From: an uncultured delta proteobacterium
Lineage (GTDB): Bacteria; Myxococcota_A; Polyangia; Polyangiales; Polyangiaceae
Direction: 5' to 3'
Assembly: GCA_963782055.1 (NCBI GenBank)
Contig: CAWAIF010000003.1
Span: forward strand, 6,304,001-6,368,000
Length of the DNA stretch: 64,000 bases
Shown here piece by piece: positions 30,001-38,326 of the stretch (position 1 is its first letter; the number at the start of each line of letters is the position of its first letter). Position numbers and translations under genes: made by a program. Under the pieces are notes generated by a model. That model was not told the origin of the DNA. It searched no databases and saw only the letters and a list, made by a program, of their open reading frames with translations.

Positions 30001-33000
30001 GCGAGCTGGATCGTCTCGTTGTTGGCGTTGACAATTCCCGCGAGGTAGAGCGTGCCGCCGTAGTCCTGGAACTCCAGCGTCGTCGGCTCGTTGCTCGCGA
30101 TCCCGGTCGGGGGCGTGATGCTCTTGCAGTCGTCGAAGCCGCAGGAGGAGCCGGCGTCGGTAATCTGGGTGACGTTGTCGTAGTCATCCGTGATGGAGGA
30201 CAAGACGCCCCCGGTGTACGCGAGGGTCTCGAGTGGTACGCCTCGGTAGCGGCTGAGGGTGGCGACGTGCTGCCCGCTGCTGTCGAACTTGTAAATGGCG
30301 GAGCCGTCGGGGCTCAACAGGCGGTAGCCCGCGGTCGGGTCCGGCGTGCCGAGGGGCTGCAAGGCCCGGACGATCGTGCCCGTGTTCCAGTTGCTGGGTT
30401 CACGGCTGGTGTAGAACAGCGATCCGTCCTGCCCGTCGGCCAGTCCCACCAGCTCCGAGCCGCCGCCGTGACCGCCGCCCGTGGCGGGCGCGCCGTCCAC
30501 GTAGGCGATCGTATTCTGCCCGCTGTTGACGATGCAGCTGCTACCTACCACCGTTGACATGGTCCCGTCTGGCTCGATCCGGCGCACTGCAGCCTGGCCC
30601 TTGTCGGCGATGTACAGCGCTCCGGCCTTCCACAGCAGCCGCTGGGGGGCATCGAGCGGCGCTAGGGTTGCCGCGTTCCCATCGCCCCAGTCATGGGGGC
30701 AGGCGTTCCCGTAAACACCGTCGTCGAATCCGTTGCCGCCCGCGGCGACGTGCAGCTTGCCGTCGGTGGACACGCGGAACACTACCGCGCGACTCAGGGC
30801 TGCCCCCTCCTCGGAGAAATAGACATCGCCGTTCGGGGCGACGGCCACGCCTTCGACGTCCTGCAGGGCATAGCTCGTCGCGGCCTGCCCTTCCATCGTG
30901 GCGAGGTCCGCCAGGTTGCCATTCCCAGAGCCGGCGATCGTCTCCAAAACGCCGTCAGTCCGTACGCGCCGGACCTCTGACTCCACCTTCCCGCGGTTAT
31001 CGACGAACACGACGCTGCCATCGGGGGCGGTGGTGATCGCGCTCACGGTGTTCAGGGAGGCCGCCGTTGCCAGGCCCCCGGCGGCCTCGAAGTGCCCATC
31101 CGTTCGGCACCCAAGCTGGGAAGGCCGCGCGTCGCCGGCGAGCACCGTCGTGTGAGCGTTGCTCCAATGGGGTGGATTGTCCGTCGGGGCGTCCACGTGG
31201 AGCACGTCGCATGCGCCTCCGACGAGCACCGCGCCGTCCCGCGCCGGAGCCACGGCCTGGCCGTTCACGTACACGCTCCCGAGGTTAGTGCCGTTGCTCG
31301 GCACCGGTGGGGCGCCGGCATCGACGCTCGACACGATCGTGTTGCCGGGAAACGCCCTCACCGCGCCGCTGTAGAGTCCGATGTCGGCGGCGAGTATGGT
31401 TCCGTTGCTGTCGCTCGTGGCCGTCAGCCCTCCCAGCTGATCCGAGGTGTCCTCCTGCCGCACCATGTCCGGAAGCTGGGTCGCGGTCCGCTTCTCTCCA
31501 TACCCCGTCCAGAGCGTGCCACTGCTCGGCTCGTACACGTGCTCCGCGCTCAGGGTCCACCCGCCGAAGCCGAGGGGTTGGGCGTCGAGTGCGTCGAGCC
31601 GCACGTCGTAGTCGCGGCGCAGAAAGATCACCCGCTCGTTGCGGTCACCATCCACGACCACGTCGCCACCGGTCCCGAAGGAGCCGAAGGTGGGGGTGAG
31701 GCCGGAGGGCGTCGCCGTGTAGGCGTAGGCCACGCGGACGTGGGCGACCACCGAGCCCTGGATCGGCCGCCCGTACGCGTCCTCGCGATTCCACGCCCAC
31801 GACACCGACTGGTTCTTCTTGTTCGCGTCGAGCGGCGTGAAGAGGGCCCGCTGGCCCGCGACGTCGATCTCCACCTCGGCGTAGTTCGGGGCGACCTGGA
31901 GCGTCGTGTTGTCGGTGTACGGAACCGTGATGACCGGGTGGAATCCGCGCTGCGTCTCGCTCCGGTAGTGCAGGCTGTACGGAGTTCCGGCGATCGGGAT
32001 GTCCTCGCCGAGCACCTGATTTTCGCATTCGATGATGGATCCAACGTGCTTGCAGCCCCCGTCCTTGGCCGTGCTCGCGGACGGAGTCAGGTTGGGCGGC
32101 GCCGATGCGCCCGCCTGGGCTCCGGAGGTCCAATTGGTATCAATCCCAGAGAAGTGCGGGAGGGGGACGCGCCACACCTGCCGCTGGGTGACGTTGCCGT
32201 AGACCGTCGCGAGCTCCTGACGCTCGCCAGGGGTGATGGGCGGCGACTCCAGGGAGTAGTCGCTGATCTCGGTCGTGCAGCCGCCGGTGCCCTTGCCGAG
32301 CCGTGCCATGGCGTTCTGCACATCGATGATGCAGTAAACCATGCCGTTCGCCTCCGGTTGCCAGACCCCGCGCGACCGATCGTAGCTCCCGGTCGGGATC
32401 ACGTTCTTCCGGTGACCTTGCCCGTCCGCCGTGTCGTCCATCGAGACGCCGGTGAAGTTGTCCAGGTAGAAGAGGACGTCGTGGTTGAAGTGGACCGTCG
32501 CGTCGCCGGCCTCGAGCATCGCCGCCTCGAACGCGTAGGTGTAGGCGCTCTGGGGCGGTAGCTCCCCGGGGAGGGCAAGCCGGCCCTCGGACCCCACGGT
32601 GTACTCCGTGACGTGCATGGTCACGGAGGGACCGCAGTTTGGACACTCCTGCTGATTCACCGTCGTGCCCGGCGGTATCAGAACCGTGGCGGTCCGTTGA
32701 CTATCTGCGTCGCTATGCGCGTTACCTCTCACGTCCTGCCAGTAGTCGACGCCGGCACCCAGGTTGATGGTCTTGGTGTTCTCTGGCTTCGTGAGCGCGA
32801 TGTCCGGGAGCACGGTCCAGTCGAGCCATCGCGTCTCGGCGCGCCGCTGGACCGTGAGGTACGCGGGGTCGTTCACGTGGTCCGACAGCTCCACCACGTA
32901 CGTGGTCCCGCCGTTCACGGCGATGTCGAACCAGCCGTCCGCCCGCGTCTCGGTCGTGCCGTACTCCGGATGGTTCAGGATGTTCACGGTGATGTTGCCG

Positions 33001-33914
33001 AGGTTGACGCTCGGATTGTCGCGGTCGACGACGTGCCCGCGGATGATGGAGACGTGGCTCTTCACCATGTTCGCCGTGACGCCGGTCTGGATCTGGCTGA
33101 CCGCGTCGAGCATGCCCTGCCCGATGTCGCTCGGGACCGTGCCGCCGCCCGGATAGGGGGTGACCGTGCCGCCCGGCACGCCACACCCCTGGATCGGCGT
33201 GTTGACCGGGTGGCCGTCGACACACGCGTCGTCGGTGCACGCGTTGCCGTCGTCGACCGAAACGTCTCCGCCCGTGGTCTGTTGGCCGCTCTCCTCGCAG
33301 TAGGTGGTCGTGTACTGCGCGACTCCATTCTGGTCCGTTCCGTCGCACTGCGCCCCGACGACGGTGCCCGCAGCCACTTTCTCCGTGTTGTCGATCACCC
33401 CGTTGACGCACTTGTCCACGGTGCAGGGGTCCCCATCGTCGGCGTTGAAGTCCACGTCGGCCTCCAGCTGGGCGGACTCCACTCCGGGCTGCGTCACGCC
33501 CGCCGAGAGCATCAGGTACGACGTGGTCGTCGGACTCCCCGCAGACAGCGCGTTCGTGCAGATCGTGAGGGGTAGCGGGTTGGTCTCCAGCCCCGTCTCC
33601 TGCGTGCGCCCGTATGTGCAGTAACCCCCTTCGACCGTGAACGTGACCCAGATCGAGTCGCCAGCCTGGACGTTGGCGCTCACGACGTTCACGGTTGCGG
33701 GCACCAGGACATGCCGCTCGCTCCCCAGTGACAGGTAGTAGCTGCCGCTGTCGGACCATGCCGGAATCCCCTGATTCCCGCAGGCGGCGGCGAGTGGGCT
33801 CTGCGTGCTGGCTGGCTGCTCGTCGGGTGAACCGCCGCACGAGAGGCCGATCACCACTGCCAGGACAAGCATCGCCGCCGACCGCCCGGAGATGCGCAGC
33901 TTCGTCAGTCCCAT
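27054..33914 (-). CDS. Lipoprotein-anchored teneurin-like YD/Rhs protein with JAB/DUF4329-like C-terminal toxin (~2,286 aa)
   Basis: RBS GAGGAGGGAG; lipobox VIGLSC; DDGxxCTxDxC repeats; [55 protein letters not shown]; NHL repeats; YD repeats; core [32 protein letters not shown]; tip EWGG...[14 protein letters not shown]. Confidence 0.9.
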   Translation of the reverse strand: [2286 protein letters not shown]

Positions 33915-33945
33915 GACTCCCTCCTCCCCAGCGACTGTGCGCGCC

Positions 33946-33957
33946 GGGGGGGGGGGG
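33946..33957. repeat. G12 homopolymer just upstream of the Rhs start
   Basis: 12 consecutive G (C12 on the coding strand), about 30 nt upstream of the ATG at 33914. Confidence 0.85.
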
Positions 33958-34093
33958 CGCGTCAACCCATTTAGTGCCGCGACACGACGTTGTTGCACGT
34001 GGACGCGTAGTCGGTGGGTCCGGCGTCCGGATGCTGAGATTCGTAGGCAATATCGGGAGCCAGAGACAAGGAGTCGAGTGATCTGTGAGTGCC

Positions 34094-34115
34094 GTCTACT
34101 CCCTAGGGAGTAGAC
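34094..34115. promoter_or_regulatory. Perfect 22-bp palindrome in a divergent intergenic region; putative operator
   Basis: GTCTACTCCCTAGGGAGTAGAC equals its own reverse complement. Confidence 0.5.
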
Positions 34116-34192
34116 CCATGTGTTCAGGTGGACGCGATGCCCCGGGCACGTCTCCATGGATGGAGCGGCGCGACACATGGTACCGTCGCATC

Positions 34193-36598
34193 ATGCGGTG
34201 GGAAGTCCGGAGACGAGGCCCCATCGTCGTCGTGGCGGCAGTGCTCTCCCTCTGCCACGCCTGCGGGGGCACGACGGCGACCGCACCCCCGCATGCCGTG
34301 CTCGGGGCGTCGGAGCTGGACTTCGGCCTCGTCGATTGCGGCAGCACCGAGTCGACCGAGCTGCTGACGATCGGGAACAGCGGCGGCTCCCCGCTGACGT
34401 GGGAGGCGAGCCTGGGCAAGACGGACGCGTTCTCTCTGGATGGCGCCGCCACGGGCACGCTCGCCCCGGGAGAGACGGCGAGCCTCCCGGTGAAGGCGAA
34501 GGTCCCGGGCGGCTCGCCCGCGGCCGAGGCGCTCGACACCACGCTCTGGGTGACCACGAACGATCCGGCGAACCCGACGAGCAGCCTTCCGCTCCACCTG
34601 CTCTCCCGCGGGGCGATGCTCACCGTGAAACCCGCCAGCGCGGACTTCGGGCAGATCCCGCTCGGCCTGAAGGCGCCGGACATCCCCGCGTCGGTCACCA
34701 ACTCCGGCAACGTGGCGGTCACGCTGGCGCTCGGCGCGCCGCAGGACTCGCAGTTCACCGTGACATAGGACGGCTCCCCCTTCGCGGCGACCCTGCCACC
34801 GGGCGGCGAGCTCACCACCACCCTGGGCTTTGCGCCGACCATCGACAAGGCGATGGTGGATGCCTCTGCCCTGCTCGTGACTGGCGCGGTGTGCGCCGCC
34901 CCCAAGACGATCGCGATCAAGGGCGAGGGCACGAAGGGGATCGCGGGCGTGAGCCCGGGCCTGCTCGACTTCGGTGTGGTCGGCTGCGCGACGGCGGCGC
35001 CGCCGCAGAAGGTGACCCTGCTCAACGCGGGGAACCAGGCGTACGACTTCACCGCCACGCTGTCGCAGGGCGGAGGCTCGCCGTACGTGGTCACCCCGAG
35101 CAGCGGGACGGTGCCCCCCAAGTCGCAAGTGCAGCTCGTGGTGGCGCCGAAGACCGTCCCGTCGCAGTCCGCGCTGACGCCGGACCTCTACGACGACACG
35201 CTGGCGATCACGACCACCGCGCTCGACGACGTGCCGCACGCCGTCGCGCTGCTGGAGTCGGCAGGCGGCGCCATCCTCTCCACGAGCGCGCCCCTGGTCT
35301 TCTCGCGGCTCGCCGTCGGGGCCGCGCCCGCTCAGCAGCAGCTCGTGATCACCAACACCGGCAACCAGCCGGCGCAGGTGATCCTGAGCCCACCCAAGCC
35401 CTTCTCGGCGGCGAGCCCGGTGCTCGTACCCGCGGGTGGCATGGCCACCACCACCATCTCCTTCACGCCCGACCCCGGAAGCCTGGGCCCGGTCACACAG
35501 GACCTCGGGATGACCACCAGCGATCCGGTGTGCGCGCCGCTCACCGCCGCGAACGCGACCGCGACGACGTACGACCGGGCGAAGATGATCGCGGCGGGGG
35601 GCTGGCACGCCTGCGCGACGGCGGTCAGCGGGGTGACGTATTGCTGGGGCCTCAACATGGTCGGTGAGCTCGGTGACGGCACCACGCTAATGGGGAAGAA
35701 GCCGGTGCCCGTGAGCGGCCTGAAGGACGTCGTCGGGCTCGGGCTGGGCGAGCACCATTCGTGCGCCGTGCTTCAGGGCGGCACCGTCGAGTGCTGGGGC
35801 GCGAACTTCAACGGGCAGCTCGGCGACGGGAGCACCGGAGAAGACTCGACCAAGCCCGTCGTGGTGTCGAACCTCGCCGATGCCATCCAGGTAGCTGGCG
35901 GCATGAGGTCGTCCTATGCGCTGACATCGACGGGAAGCGTGGTGGCGTGGGGCCTCAACGGCGACGGCCAGCTCGGCGACGGCACGACGCTCGACTCCAA
36001 CGTCCCCGTGGTGGTCTCCGGCATCACCGACGCCGTGCAGGTCGCCGGACGATGGGCGACAGCCTGCGCGCTGCGTGCCGGCGGCGGCGTCTGGTGCTGG
36101 GGCCACGCTTTTTTGGGCGACGGGACGACCGGATCGTCGGCCGTGCCGGTGGACACGGGGCTGACGGACATCGTGCAAGTGGGCGGCGGGCCCGGTGCGC
36201 AGGGGAATGGGTGCGCGGTCGAGAAGACGGGCGGCGTGGAGTGCTGGGGCTACAACCCGTACTCGATGACGCCGAGCTCCTTCGGGGGGCTCACCGACGC
36301 GGTGCAGGTCGAGGTCGGCACGGAGTCCGCGTGCGCGCTGCGCGCGGGCGGAGGCGTCATGTGCTGGGGCGACAACTCGTATGGACAGCTCGGGAACGGA
36401 TGGGGGGTCGCCAGCTGGGTGCCCGTCGCGGTATCAGGCGTCACCAACGCCGCGAGCATCGCCGTGGGGCCAGACTTCGGCTGCGTGATGAATGGCGACG
36501 GTACATTGGAGTGCTGGGGGCGAGGCGACCTCTGTCAACTGGGCAGCGGCGTCCAGGGCGGGAGCTTCACGCCGGTGTCCGTGGTCGGGTTCGACTGA
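34193..36598 (+). pseudogene. Lipoprotein with Ig-like (choice-of-anchor D/ASH-like) domains and RCC1 repeats, interrupted by an in-frame TAG at 34766-34768
   Basis: Track ORFs 34085..34768 and 34853..36598 share one frame: FTVT*DGSPFAATLPPGG. LDFGxV Ig-like repeats occur on both sides of the stop, with CWGxNxxGQLGDG RCC1 repeats downstream. Confidence 0.8.
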
Positions 36599-36621
36599 CT
36601 CCTCCCGACCTCGGGGAGCCC

Positions 36622-38232
36622 TCAATTCGGCGGCGGGACGCTCTTCAGGAAGTAGACGTACGAGTACGCGCCGGCGCCGTTGCAGGGGGCTCCGCCGCCC
36701 ACGATGATCGAGCCGTCCAGCAGCGTCGCCGACACGAGCTCCATGTTGTTGTCCTTCAGCGTGGGGAACGCCGTGACGTTCCCACCCGCCCCGTCGACGA
36801 CGTCGACCGCGTTGGTGGTCGGGAAGGTGTTGCTCTGGCAGCCGTAGGTGGTGGGGTAGGGCGCGTCGACGCCGCCGGCGACCATCACCGTGCCGTCGCC
36901 GAGCAGCGCGGAGGCGAACTTGAGCCGGGGAGAGCTCAGCTTCTGCGAGAGGGTGGTCACCTTCGGCTGGCCGACGTCGATCATCTCGATCTCGTCGGTG
37001 GGGGTGTTGTTGCCGTTGATCACGTCGTTTCCTCCGGGCGCCATCAGGCGGCCGTCGGGGAGCGTGAGCACCGCGACCGCCCCGTGGGCGAGGGGCGCGG
37101 CGACGGTCGAGAGCTTGTCGGTGTCGGGGTCGTAGATCTCGCTCTGGCCGGTGGACAGGAAGGCCACGCGCCCGTCGCGCATGCGCACCGGCCAGCCGAA
37201 CTGCGTGTTGGCGGAGGTGATGGACAGGGCGGTGAACATCTCGGTGGCGGGATCGAAGACCTCCGCGGTGTTCTTGCCGTTGGAGGTGATGAGCACGCGG
37301 CCGTCGGGCAGCAGGATGGGGCGCATGTAGATGCGGGTGGTGTCGAGCACGGTGCCCTTCGCCTGCGTGAACGTGTTGGTCGTCGGGTCGAAGAGGTCGG
37401 CGACGGCGCGATCGCCGCTGGTCTGGCAGCCATTGCCGGTGGGGATGTTGCAGGTGCCGACGATGAGCGCGCGGCCGTCGAGCAGGGTGATCGCCGCGGT
37501 CGCGTAGCGCGGGACGGTCATGTCGTTGGCCGCCGGCGTGATGGCGTGCGTCTGCGGGTCGTACAGCTCGCCCGACTTGAGCGCCGAGGTGGGCTGGGTG
37601 TTGGAGGTCCCGCCGACGATGAGCACCCGGCCGTCCTGCAGCGTCGTCATGGCGGGGAAGTTGCCGCGGGGGGTGCTCATGCTCACCGTCGTCCACTGCT
37701 TCTCGAAGCCCTCGGTCCGGTAGGTGAAGGACTGCGGCAGCGTGGCGGTGTACTGCCCCACGGCGACGTGCACGTCGTAGGTGCCCACACCCGCGGGCGG
37801 CGTCACCGCCAGCGCGGTGGTCGCGTCGATGAAGCGCGCCGGCGCGCGCCCGTCGCCGATGGTGACGCGCATGCCCGCGGCGAAGCCCTGGCCGTGGAGG
37901 GTGACGTAGGCGCCGCCGTTGACGTAGCCCTTGTCGCCGGTGAGCGAGGTCAGCAAGAGGCCGCACTTGGGATCGGAGGAGCAGGATCCCGCGCAGCAGC
38001 TCTCTCCCTGCGCGCACACGCGGCCGCACGCGCCGCAGGCGTTGGCGGAGGTCTGCGTGTCCTCGCAGGTGCCACCGCAGTTTACCTGGCCGGTCGGGCA
38101 GGTCGGCGCGGCGTCAGCCGCGTCCACACCGCCTGCGTCGGGCCCGGCGTCGCCTCCGGTGAAGGGGAGCGGCGAGCTCTGGCCACAGGCGACCGCGAAG
38201 GAAAGAAGGAAAAGGGCAATCGGCTTCTGCAT
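36622..38232 (-). CDS. Lipoprotein with Cys-rich motif, IPT/TIG domain and kelch repeats
   Basis: FAVAC lipobox; CGGTCEDTQTSANACGACGRVC; GGAYVTLHGQGF; repeated PR...ATxLxDGRVLIxGG. Confidence 0.85.
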   Translation of the reverse strand: MQKPIALFLLSFAVACGQSSPLPFTGGDAGPDAGGVDAADAAPTCPTGQVNCGGTCEDTQTSANACGACGRVCAQGESCCAGSCSSDPKCGLLLTSLTGDKGYVNGGAYVTLHGQGFAAGMRVTIGDGRAPARFIDATTALAVTPPAGVGTYDVHVAVGQYTATLPQSFTYRTEGFEKQWTTVSMSTPRGNFPAMTTLQDGRVLIVGGTSNTQPTSALKSGELYDPQTHAITPAANDMTVPRYATAAITLLDGRALIVGTCNIPTGNGCQTSGDRAVADLFDPTTNTFTQAKGTVLDTTRIYMRPILLPDGRVLITSNGKNTAEVFDPATEMFTALSITSANTQFGWPVRMRDGRVAFLSTGQSEIYDPDTDKLSTVAAPLAHGAVAVLTLPDGRLMAPGGNDVINGNNTPTDEIEMIDVGQPKVTTLSQKLSSPRLKFASALLGDGTVMVAGGVDAPYPTTYGCQSNTFPTTNAVDVVDGAGGNVTAFPTLKDNNMELVSATLLDGSIIVGGGAPCNGAGAYSYVYFLKSVPPPN

Positions 38233-38326
38233 CCCGCCAGCCTATCACTCACGGCGACCGGTCTCGACCCGGACCGGTCGGCTTGGATCTGGCCACCGCC
38301 GCGCGGATTTGAGACAGTCGCCGGCC

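Noticed and set aside
34766..34768. Pyrrolysine or amber recoding
   Set aside because: No pyl genes or tRNA are in the window, TAG is a normal stop elsewhere, and a TGG->TAG change or base-call error is simpler.
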